A stretch of 63,853 bases of DNA, counting the filler, from Reticulomyxa filosa (lineage: Eukaryota; Protista; Foraminifera), in NCBI GenBank assembly GCA_000512085.1. It is 21 parts of 21 records of this genome, joined end to end, with 100 filler letters (N's around TTAATTAATTAA, not from the genome) between each part and the next. Parts side by side here need not be neighbours in the genome. Positions count along the whole stretch, not along the records: positions 50,129 to 57,696 come from ASPP01008302.1; positions 57,797 to 61,367 come from ASPP01008864.1; positions 61,468 to 62,637 come from ASPP01033433.1; positions 62,738 to 63,853 come from ASPP01042150.1; 17 more parts are not named here. One strand, written 5' to 3'. A program made the translations under genes and the position numbers. The number at the start of each line of letters is the position of its first letter. The first letter of the stretch is position 1. Of the stretch, positions 53,429 through 63,853 are shown piece by piece. The notes below the pieces were generated by a model, which was not told the DNA's origin, ran no database searches, and was given only the letters and a program-made list of their open reading frames with translations.

Positions 53429-53841
53429 ATTTTTGTTAACTCTGAAATTTTTGCATTTGTAAAAATGTCTGAAAATATACCCAATATTCATATTGTACTT
53501 GAAAAAACTAAACTTACAATAATTTTCATTGGAGGCAAAAAAACTGCTCAAAGAATTATTGAAACTTTTTTCGTTAAAAGGGTATAGAATGCAAGAAAGT
53601 CGAACTATTTCCTTGCTCTTAAAGCTTATTTTATTGGTCAAGGTGCTGGTTAACTTAAAAAAAAACACCAGAAAAGTGATCATTTAAAAAGTGCATTCAT
53701 CGTTTATTGCTACAACTGTTTTTAAAGTAGTTTATTCTCTAATTAAACATTCTGCGCGTATTTGTTAGAATAAAGATTCTTGTAATTATGTTAATCATTC
53801 GGAGGAAATTGCTTAAAAAAATTTTTATTGGCAAAATAATA

Positions 53842-55208
53842 TTATCTCCAAATACTAATTGGACCCTTGTGTGAACCATAACACATGTTAATACCACCAT
53901 TGTTTCTTTTTCTATTTTTTAATTGTAGGAATTTAATACATAATATTCCACAATCTTTTCTATAATCCCTTGAATCATATATAATCCTTTTTTTTGATCG
54001 AATATCCCAAAATCGAATTGTATTATCCAATGACCCAGAACATATTACATTTGAACTACTACCAACTTCGATATTATCTATTACAAATGGTGAATATTCA
54101 ACAGCATTCACATTATTTTTGTGTCCATTAAACACTTGAATTTGTTGGCCAGATCGAATATCCCACAAACGAACACTTTCATCATTTGATCCAGATAATA
54201 TAGTCTTTGCACAACCAAAATTTTCTAATTTATTTGATCCATATTTTACACATCTAATCAAATGTTCATGTCCTTTGAATATAATCAACTGTTTGACTTT
54301 TTCAATATCCCATATACGAATAGTTTTATCTAGTGATCCAGAACAAATGGTATATCCATTACCACCAATCACACCAATACTATTACTTTTGTTATTCTGG
54401 CTACTGCTTTGCAATGGTGAAATATCAACACATCTAACAGGACTTTTATGCTCATTAAAAACGTGTAATGATTTGTACGTTTCAACATCCCATAAACGAA
54501 TAGTATAGTCAGCAGATGTAGAACACAAATATCGACCACTATTAAATGATGAAAATGCAATTCCATAAATAGCATTTATGTGTCCATTGAGTACTTGCAG
54601 CTGCTGATTATCTTTGATATCCCAAAAACGAATTGTTTTATCATCTGATGAAGAACAAATGACACTACGACGATTATTATTATGATGGTATTGTGAAAAT
54701 TTCACACAATACACGTAGCCTGAATGTCCATCGAATGATCGAATTTGTTCATTTGCATCCACATCCCATACGCGAACTGTTTTATCATCTGATCCAGAGC
54801 AAATGAATTGGCCATTATCAAATGTGAAGAAATCAATGGAATTCACATAATCAGTGTGTCCAGTGAAAGTTTTGAGTAATTTGGACGATGAACGAAACTC
54901 CTCAAACGTGAAATTAGTTGCCTGTATTAAATTGTGAGCATAATAAAAATAACAAATTAATATTTATCATTGAATAAAAAAAAAATAAACTAACATATTT
55001 AACAACAATTCTGTCGAAATCTTGGACCCATCCTAATTTAATTTCTAATATTCGGATCCAATACTGAATAATTAATTGGATTTCTTCTTCTGACTGGTTC
55101 AATCACGTACAGTAAAAACTTAAAAACAACAAGTTTTCTGGAAGACTGAATGAAACTTACCAATGCTGGTTGTGATGAACATCGATTTTCATTGCTATAA
55201 GTGGCCAT
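53842..55208 (-). CDS. WD40-repeat protein of the lineage-expanded family (near-intact)
   Basis: Three exons; N-terminal EEEIQLIIQYWIRILEIKLGWVQDFDRIVVKY leader followed by ~7 WD40 repeats. Confidence 0.9.
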
Positions 55209-56006
55209 TTTTTGGACTATTTTTTTAAAATTCTTGAACTTTTTTCTCTCAAGATCAACGAAAGGGGTTGTAAACAATACTTTGAGAAATAAAATTGAGC
55301 GTTTATCGTTTTCAATGAGAAGATAACAATTTTTTAAAATAAGGACAATTTGTTTGAATTGGGTGTTTTAAAAAACATTTGAAATATTAAAACATTTTAA
55401 AAAAATTATTGTTACATCATAATAATAAGCAATCAAACTTTTGAAATTTTAATTGTTTTGTTCATTTTGAATTTTTTGTCAGTTGTATATCAGAACTAAT
55501 GAAACAGTTCTGACAATAATTTGTAAATTCAGTTACGTCAAAAGGTTAAGTGCTAGCATAATATTTGAATATTTTGCGGTTATTGCTTACTGTGTAATAG
55601 CTGTATTGTAGCTAGAATAAAAATACGACTGCAATAATATAAAAGCCAACATATTAATATTAATCGAATTGAATGCACATGATGAATGTTATGAGATGTT
55701 ATTGACAGATTATCAATTAATTGTAATGATATATCCCACGTAGTTTTTTTGAATATGATTTTATTGTGAGAAATAGTATATTGTTATCAGCAACAATGTA
55801 CGGACGTACTATCTAACATTAAGGTTTTTGCTTAAATTACAAATCTTTCTTTGGTTACAAAAAACAAAAAGCCTTGAAACACACAATCTGCGATAATATT
55901 ACTGAATAGAAAAAAAATGAGGACAAAAAGCTAAGAAAAAAAGGGCCATTGACAAGGATTTTGGAAAAACAATTAGAGAAGCAAAGAAACTATGAAACAA
56001 GGATTT

Positions 56007-57347
56007 TTAATCTTGGTTTGCTTCAGATTTAGCTGATTGTGCGACAGTGAGATCGGCAACTTCAACTGTGGCTGGACTTTGGATTTGCTCGGCATTGATT
56101 TCAGCAATCACATTAACTTGAGTGAGTCGAGTCCGTATATGGGGAATGTCGCATGTGAATTTGGCATTGACAAGAAGCACAGCAGAAATGACCAAGGAGG
56201 CGCCAGCCAACTGAAATCCGGTGATGGGTCGAGCGGGCACACCAAAGCCGCCGAGAGCATCTAACAAAATGCTCGAAGCAAAGTTGCCACAAATGCTTCC
56301 AACAAAAGTACCAAAGAATCCCAAATAAGTGGGCAAAATAGTCATTAAGGTAACATACGTACTTCCAATGAGACCCCCACCAATCCAATAAACAAAGCAA
56401 AACCAACGATCACAAGACACATGCAAATGCGGCTCATTAACAAACGTCAAAGTGGATAAAACCAACAAGACCAACGTACCGTTATAAAAAGACAAGCTAC
56501 TGCTGCGCAAGGGCGAGCGTGTGAATTCGCGCAACTTTCGATTCAGAGTGGTCTGCGTAGTGAGTGTTATCCCCAAGGTCATGCACCACAACAGCAATAA
56601 TACGTATAAATAAGGCTTGGACGACACGTGGTCGTTATGACTCAGCCGAAAAGGCGCTTGAAACAAAAGCACGCCGCCAAACATGCACACAATACCCAAT
56701 TTGTTCCAAATGCTCACTTTCTTTGATTCCACTGTTTTCGTGAGGTTCATTGCTGTTCCTGCTCTCGCCATTGCATCTGTTTCTATTTCTACGGGCGGTG
56801 ATGTTGTTATGGTCGCTTGTGTCGGCAATACAATCTCGCTATCCTTTTCTTCCGAATTTGTGTCCTCGTTATTAGCTTGGTCATTAGATGTACTTACAGT
56901 CCCCACGGGTATAAAACAACAACACGTGCCTTGGCAATACCAATCTATAATCAACGATGACAGTAACTGCATTGATACCATACACACGTTAAATAGACTG
57001 AATCCGACCAACGGTGGCAAATATATTCCACTCACCACGGCATATACACCACATAGGCCATTACCGAAAACAAACAGGTTTCGTTTGTTTTCCTTCAATC
57101 CATTCAACAAGTTCGTCAGTGACTGTTTCGCTGTTGGCGTATCTTTCGAGCCACCAATCTTGGGGAGCCATGCAAATGACAACACTATACTACCAACGAG
57201 AAAGGACATAAAAGCTCCTCTTAACGGGTGGGACAGCATTCGGGACAACACCAAATTTATCCCTGATTGAATCGGAAGAAGTGCACCGACCATAACACTG
57301 ACAGAAAATATTCCCATTTGGGATAATGTGTCCCATTTTTTACCCAT
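56007..57347 (-). CDS. DMT-superfamily transporter with two YdcZ/DUF606 domains
   Basis: GALLPIQSGIN..L...AFMSFLVG...GLCG...QLLSSLIID is repeated as TQTTLNRKL...LSFYNG...GGLIGSTYV...SILLDALGGFG..ARPI...LAG; about 10 TM segments; intronless 446 aa. Confidence 0.85.
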   Translation of the reverse strand: MGKKWDTLSQMGIFSVSVMVGALLPIQSGINLVLSRMLSHPLRGAFMSFLVGSIVLSFAWLPKIGGSKDTPTAKQSLTNLLNGLKENKRNLFVFGNGLCGVYAVVSGIYLPPLVGFSLFNVCMVSMQLLSSLIIDWYCQGTCCCFIPVGTVSTSNDQANNEDTNSEEKDSEIVLPTQATITTSPPVEIETDAMARAGTAMNLTKTVESKKVSIWNKLGIVCMFGGVLLFQAPFRLSHNDHVSSKPYLYVLLLLWCMTLGITLTTQTTLNRKLREFTRSPLRSSSLSFYNGTLVLLVLSTLTFVNEPHLHVSCDRWFCFVYWIGGGLIGSTYVTLMTILPTYLGFFGTFVGSICGNFASSILLDALGGFGVPARPITGFQLAGASLVISAVLLVNAKFTCDIPHIRTRLTQVNVIAEINAEQIQSPATVEVADLTVAQSAKSEANQD

Positions 57348-57819
57348 TTTTTGTTTGGCAAGGGCGAGAGGGCTGCTCCAAAAACTTTTTCACTTTTTTA
57401 AAAACTTTTGTTTTTGGTTATTCATTTTTTCTTTACTAATGCAAGAAACAAATTGTTTAGTATATATATTTTTTTTTAGATGATAGCTAGAAAGCCAAGA
57501 TATTACTTTCCAAGTTAAAAAAAGAGGAACCTCGTCAAAAAATTGACACAGTACTTCGTAAAAAAACAAAAACAAAACAAGTAAAGTCAAACTTTTCAAC
57601 ATTACAATTTTGTGGTAAAATTGTAAAACAAAATAAAAGAAAGTATTTTTACTTTGAAATTTAAATAGAGATATTGGTCAGGTCAGCTGCAAGTTANNNN
57701 NNNNNNNNNNNNNNNNNNNNNNNNNNNNNNNNNNNNNNNNTTAATTAATTAANNNNNNNNNNNNNNNNNNNNNNNNNNNNNNNNNNNNNNNNNNNNCTAA
57801 GTTTATTCTATTTATTTTA

Positions 57820-57851
<32 letters not shown>

Positions 57852-57886
57852 TATATATATTTATTTATTTATATATATGTATGTAG

Positions 57887-59001
57887 TGATATGGCCAGTG
57901 TATCGTACCTTCTTTGTAGCCAGTATGCCTCAATTGCCCAGTCAAGATGTAATCACGTCGCTAAATACGATCCTTGTCGACTCCGAAGCGCTCACATACT
58001 TTCACAACTTTATGAACGACAAGGGCCCCCACGCCGCTGTGCTGCTAAACTTTTGGATGGAGGTCTCCTTGTTCCAAGACGTATGCGATGCTTATCAATC
58101 ACATTTGCACTCCATGCTCATTTCCAACGAGCAAAAGACACCCGCACGTCGAGGACCGTCTGGAGGAGCTGCAGGAGTGAGTGGTAGTGTTTTCTTCTTT
58201 TTTTGCTATGTTTTTTTTTTTTTTTAAAAAAAAAAGCATTTTTTAAAAAAATAAAAAAAAAAAAAAAAAGGTTGGTTAAATCGTTCTCCTTATTCGTTTT
58301 TGGGCAGTCGCCAAGGAAGCTTCAGCACGTTTCCATTCATTGACACAATTCAAAAGGAAAAACAAAAATTGGACAATTTGCAACAAAATGTCTGTGCAGA
58401 AATGTTTGATTTGTACAAAAAGTACTTTGATAGCTCTAATGCCATGGTTCTCTCCTCTCCTACCACTGGCAACAACAACACTGCCAATACTGATGTCAGC
58501 TCACTTCAACAGATTGTCGGACCGAGGATATGTGAGACTATCATCGAACGCATCGAGGACTTTCGTAGTCGCTATGGCGATGGCTTTCAAGCTGTCGATA
58601 TAGACGAATCCAGCGTCAATACTGATCGCTCCTTCATCAAAAAACCTGTATTTCAGTCCAGTTCCAATCGCAATATATCCTATCGCGATCTCGAGTGGCA
58701 GTCACCTTCTGCTCCCACTCCCCATGAATATGCCCAAGATAATCCTCAAAGCATGATCATCCCCATAGATGTCTTTGACGCCGCTCAAAAAGCCATTTTC
58801 CAACATATGGAAACCTTTTATTATCCGTTTGTTTTTTTTTTATTTTTTTTTCTCACATTTGTTTATCACGTAAATCCATAATTTATATAAATTGAATTTG
58901 ATAGGCCCTTTTTAAGAAGCAAACATTGCAAACGTCTTTTGTCGACACTCCAAAATCAAGAGGCTGTCTTTCGATCGCTCGTTGCCCGGAAGTTCTTATA
59001 A
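57887..59001 (+). CDS. RGS-domain protein, C-terminal part (probably membrane-anchored, 7TM-RGS-like)
   Basis: LNTILVDSEALTYFHNFM...LLNFWMEV, LYKKYF, DVFDAAQKAIFQHMETFYYP|PFLRS form an RGS domain with insertions; preceded by IWPVYR. Confidence 0.82.
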
Positions 59002-60582
59002 AACTGTTGATCTACTTTTTTTTTTTTTCTTTTTTTGGTTCTTCAACTGTTACAAGTTTTCCTGCTGAATCATTGGAAGACGAAAATATCATCACTATTA
59101 ATTCATATACTCTTTTACTTTGATCAATAACCCATTATACTGTTCCTTCACTTTCCTAACTTAACTTCTTTCTGCGCTGTGCACGACAGTATTGCTCCAA
59201 CAATCAAAAACACATCTTTGCAATGTCAACTCCTAAAATGCTTACATAGTATATTATTACCAGGATTTTATTTTGTTTGTTTTAAAAGGTTATTATTTCA
59301 TTGAAAATCTTTTTTAAATAGTTTTTGTGTAAAAGACGAACATATATTTAATGAATGAAGTAAAAATGAAGATTTATCGGAAAAATAACACAATGATTAT
59401 TTTCCAATTTTTTTTTCACAAAATTTCGCATTGGAGTAGTAAATCAGCCAGATAAAGAAAAGTTATTTTTTGATCAGATTAGAGGCCGAGTTATTTTCTC
59501 CTTTTAAAAATAATTATGAATAAGTGATGTTCTTTTATTAAAAAAGAAAAATAAATAAAGCAACAAAAATGAAACTTTTAAATTTACAAATAAAAAAAAA
59601 TGTAAGCAGATACACTTCTTTTTGTTTTCCAGTCCTTCCCTCTTTGTTATTGTATATTTTTTTAATCTTCAATATATTACATAACAATTATTTTTCTCAA
59701 TTTTACTTATTTACTCGAGAAAATCCAAATTTTTTAAATGTTGTACATAATTGAAGTTTGCCTGATTAAGTTTAAAGTGCGTGAAATTCAAAAAGAAAAA
59801 ATTAAATTGGATGTGTGTTTGCACAACCATCGTAGATAAAAAAAAAAAGAGCTTAGTGCAAAAAAAAATACTGTCCAACAACAACAAAACAACAATGATC
59901 CGATTTGAAAAGAAAGTGCAATTGCTGGATAATCAATCACGCCTTTTCATCACTCTTATTCTTGTGTTAACATCAACTTTTGCCTATAACAAAGAATACA
60001 AAAAAAAGAGAAACAAAAACAAACAGATGAGTTTCATATTTGGAAATTATTTTTGCCTTCCAAGGAAAATATTGTTTTATTGTTTTTCTTACCAGTGACA
60101 ACCAAATGAGGCCAGTACAATAAAGCAATTATTAAAATTAGAAATATGTGTGATTTATAATATCGGTTTCCTCTATGATTTTTGCGGTTCCAGATTTCTA
60201 ATGCTTCATTTACATGTTTTGTTAATAAATCAGGGAATGAATTATTAATCTGTCAATTTTTGAATGGATTGCTCTTTCATGCGAACCCACTCGTCGTCTG
60301 TTAATACCACGAATACGTTGTTGATATGAATTGTCAGCAAGTAGCAGACGTTTTCTTTCGTTTTTATCTTGTGTCGAAAGTGTCATTGGCAGTTCATCAT
60401 ATATATATCTTTTGAAAAAGGAAACGATAAATCAGTAGTGTTCCAATTTGGTGGATTGAATTTTTTCAAAGTTATTAAAATTTCTTTTTGATTGATTTAA
60501 AGGGAGTCGTTTTGCTGTGTAATTAAATTTTCGACTTGTCCTTTGATAGCATCCCGTAATTTCTTCAATTGGCCTTCAAAGT

Positions 60583-60795
60583 TACGATACACTGGCCATA
60601 TCACTATATACATATACATATATATATATATTTTTTTTTTTAAATAAAATAAAATGAATAAACTTGAAATGGCAAATAATCCAATGGTTCTCATCAAGTT
60701 CAAATACAATACGTAAAGATTGTGTCGCTGTCGATTTGCCTCGGGATCGGAGGACAACACAAAGGCGATCGTGACGGAGGGCAGCAAGTGCACTT
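60583..60795 (-). pseudogene. Inverted duplicated fragment (exon-intron-exon) of the RGS gene
   Basis: TGATATGGCCAGTGTATCGTA is identical to 57887-57907, and a similar GTTTATTC...(TA)n...TAG intron (60604-60663) matches 57801-57886. Confidence 0.8.
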
Positions 60796-61714
60796 AAGAG
60801 AATATTGACATTAAAGTAAAAGGGAGCAGTGCGTAGATTAAGCGAAGCAGTCATCGACTTTCCAATTACTGTGACATGTTTTCCCAAAAGATTTTATTGT
60901 CATTGTCATTATTAAGTTTATTATTTTTCTTTCCCTTATTACAGACAGAACTTTACTTTTTGTTGATTAGTCGATTTCACTTATTACAATCCATTTTTTG
61001 CTATATTACAGAAATGTAAAATTAACATAGCTCCAATTTTGCTCTTTCATTGTCTGCAAATAAACTGATTTACCCTTTTGCATGTAGGGTATCCCGGTAA
61101 GTGTAAAGGAAAGTTCTGTCGGGACTAACTTGCTTGCTTACTTTTTTTTCCACTTCTTCTTGGTTCTCTTACTTTCGTTTTTACGTTTCTCTTTTCTTTT
61201 TTATTTTAAAATTCGAAGTGTTAGTTGTAGGATAAGGCACAACGCCAAGAAATAGGGCCAATACCGTTTTACTCCACTTTTTTTTACTCCTCTTTTTTTT
61301 CTCGTTTTAGATCAATGCTTCAATTTGAAAGTTAGTGCCTGCTTTTAATGAATAGTTTTTTAGATTGNNNNNNNNNNNNNNNNNNNNNNNNNNNNNNNNN
61401 NNNNNNNNNNNTTAATTAATTAANNNNNNNNNNNNNNNNNNNNNNNNNNNNNNNNNNNNNNNNNNNNTTCTTATTACATTTAGTGTAGCTCTTCAAAGTA
61501 GACTTCCCACAGTTTTGTAATTGATTTAAAATATTTAAATTTTTTATTGATAAAAAGAATGATGCAACAGTTTAGCAAGCGTGTGGGACATCAGCTTGAA
61601 GAGGTTATACTAAATGTAATACGAAAAGAGTTTTACTTAGAAAACCAGTGTTCGGTAAAATTAAATAAAAGAAAGATGAATGACACAACAAAAGAAGAAA
61701 ACAAAAACAAAAGA

Positions 61715-62160
61715 GTAAGTGAAGTTTGTTGAGGAGTTTTAGCCCACTGGGGACTCCCAGGTTCCTTCAACGTTCACAAGCGCAAAAGTGAAAGTAATTT
61801 GAAGAATAACAAGACCTTTTTTTTTTACAATAGTTTTTAGTTTAAAGCGTATAACATTTGGCTCTTAATTGAATACAAATCAACAGGATCCAAAACATCA
61901 ATGAACAATCTAGAGCCATTAAAAAAGATACTGTGGGAGTATACTGCCGATGAAATATTACACTAAATGTAGTACTAAAGGTTAATTAGCTCTTTTGAGC
62001 AAGTATCAATGAAAACAAGATTAAATAAAGAAAAGTAAAACAAATGTGTGGAAATGAGTACACCGAAACACCAGATTAAAACGAGAAAAGAAAACACTGG
62101 TGAGTGAAAAGTGTTAGGAAAAGTTTAACCCACTGGGAGCTCATCAGCACATTTAACGAT
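61715..62160. repeat. Two imperfect copies of a GC-rich hairpin motif (61725-61773 and 62111-62158)
   Basis: GTTGAGGAGTTTTAGCCCACTGGGGACTCCCAGGTTCCTTCAACG vs GTTAGGAAAAGTTTAACCCACTGGGAGCTCATCAGCACATTTAACG. Confidence 0.6.
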
Positions 62161-62737
62161 TCTTTCTATATAGAGGAGCTTCTCCTACAATACATTGATT
62201 CAAATATTCAAATTTTTATGAAAATAGAGATAATTTTTTTTTAAATAGCTCTTGTCGAAAAATTTCATTTGTTATTGTTATTTCATAACGTTTTTGTGAA
62301 CCAGTTCGCTGATTTTTAATTATTTGAAATTAATTTGTTTCAGTTACAGACAAAAAAATGTAAAAATATATTGGTATAAAAAAGTTTTAAAAAAGGATTT
62401 TATTTGTACTTTTTTTGTTGAATTTGCCTGCTTTGTAAAACAAGTGATAAAATAAGAAAGTATGGCAGAAGCTGTACAAGTAAAATTAGAAGATACTATC
62501 ATGAGCAAAGAAGGTCGTGATTAGAAAAAACAAGCGTGTGAAGGAGGTGTTTTTCTGGTTTGTCGAATTATCGCAAGAAGCGTTGGAAAAAAAGTGTGAT
62601 AACTTCAAGTGCTTTTGCAAATACTTTAGAGGAAAAGNNNNNNNNNNNNNNNNNNNNNNNNNNNNNNNNNNNNNNNNNNNNTTAATTAATTAANNNNNNN
62701 NNNNNNNNNNNNNNNNNNNNNNNNNNNNNNNNNNNNN

Positions 62738-62935
62738 AATATGAATTTAACACATACAATTCTTTCTTATTTGATCGAATATCCCCAAAACGAATAGTAT
62801 TATCTTCTGCTCCAGAACATATCACATTCAAATTACCACCAGCAACTCTATCGCTATTCTTTATTACAAATGATGAATATTCAACAGCATAAATCCAATT
62901 TTTATGTCTATCGAACACTTGAATTTGTTGACCAG
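62738..62935 (-). pseudogene. WD40 family fragment (5'-truncated copy)
   Basis: Starts abruptly at GQQIQVFDRHK; has FGDIRS in place of FWDIRS; unrelated DNA upstream. Confidence 0.7.
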
Positions 62936-63337
62936 TAAATTTGAAAAGCAGACAACAAAGTAACGACAGTTCTTTCGATCAATAAATACACTTTGAAAAA
63001 AATTGAATTTAAAAATTTTACTCAACCCAATAGTGAATCATTTTAATCTAAAGCATTTAACGGAACGAAAGTTCTATATGGACGTTCCAACTACATAATG
63101 ACAGAGTGAAATTTGACATAACAACAGAATTAATAAGTTTTCATTTGATATTTCATAAACGTGTTTATTACACGGAATGAAGTTCGAAGATTAATGATAA
63201 ACTTAGGACGGATTAATAGTTTGGATGTATTTGTTAACAACTTTGGTTTATGTTGCTATTTTTCAAATTAAGATTTAACAACAAATTTTAGATTGAATGA
63301 ATTGAAATGAAAATCAAAAAATTTCATTCACATATGT

Positions 63338-63853
63338 TCATCCCCAAAGATAAATTGGGCCTTTGCTTGAACCATAACATAAATTAACACAACAATTACC
63401 ATTTAACTTTTTTTTATTATTTATTTCCTTTTTCAATATAAATTTAAGACATGTTACTTCTGCACCAACTTTCATTATATATAATTCATTCTTATTTGAT
63501 CGAATATCCCAAAATCGAATTGTTTTATCATATGATACAGAACATATCACATCCGAATTACTACAGATAACTTTATTGCTATTCTTCATTACAAATGGTG
63601 AATAGTCTGCAGCATATACATGACCTTCATGTCCATTGAATACTCCAATTTGTTGACTAGATCGAGTATCCCACAAACGAACACTTTTATCATGTGCTAC
63701 AGATAATATTGTATTTGAAAATTCATTTGATCCATATTTTACACTCCTAATCCAATTTTTATGTCTTTCGAACATATTCAATTGCTTGGCTGTTTCGACA
63801 TCCCATATACGAATGGTTTCATCAAATGATCCAGAACAAATTGTATATCCATT
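63338..63853 (-). CDS. WD40-repeat protein of the same family, 3' part
   Basis: NGYTICSGSFDETIRIWD...DKSVRLWD...DKTIRFWDIRSNKNELY...LCYGSSKGPIYLWG; runs off the window end. Confidence 0.85.
   Translation of the reverse strand, partial: NGYTICSGSFDETIRIWDVETAKQLNMFERHKNWIRSVKYGSNEFSNTILSVAHDKSVRLWDTRSSQQIGVFNGHEGHVYAADYSPFVMKNSNKVICSNSDVICSVSYDKTIRFWDIRSNKNELYIMKVGAEVTCLKFILKKEINNKKKLNGNCCVNLCYGSSKGPIYLWG

Noticed and set aside
61060-61135. HDV-like ribozyme (TCCC...GGGA-CTAA-CTTGC resembles P4-J4/2-P2)
   Set aside because: Could not find P1, P3/L3 or P1.1 elements upstream.

Overview
AT-rich, intron-rich eukaryotic draft DNA, not a contiguous locus. It is 21 contigs joined by 20 artificial 100-bp linkers (N44-TTAATTAATTAA-N44), so neighbourhood arguments hold only within a contig. 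The lineage-expanded WD40 family ('ICSGSxDNTIRFWDIRSNKNELY'), TPR/CAP-Gly genes, many gene fragments and homopolymer indels point to the foraminiferan Reticulomyxa filosa or a relative (inference). Recognisable genes: FAM183/CFAP144-like, YjbQ/UPF0047 (11-nt microexon, absent from the ORF track), FGD-like RhoGEF-PH-FYVE, BTAF1/Mot1, class I PDE, a TROVE/Ro60-like vWA protein, an NHL-like propeller, Exo84, mitochondrial bL20, epsin/ENTH, TGS1, CAP-Gly, RPA1, CDC50, a tandem YdcZ/DUF606 transporter, an RGS protein and four WD40 copies. Most interesting: (i) an ankyrin + NEURL4-type ADP-ribosyltransferase gene head-to-head with a SAM-domain gene; (ii) a 3xSAM giant protein resembling the N-terminal region of fungal very-large-GTPase-like proteins; (iii) an inverted, intron-containing copy of part of the RGS gene inside a mosaic of gene fragments; (iv) a fold-back element with outward (RRYYY)n tails; (v) a duplicated hairpin repeat with a degenerate hammerhead-like core. 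All family calls are motif recognition by eye; no searches were run.
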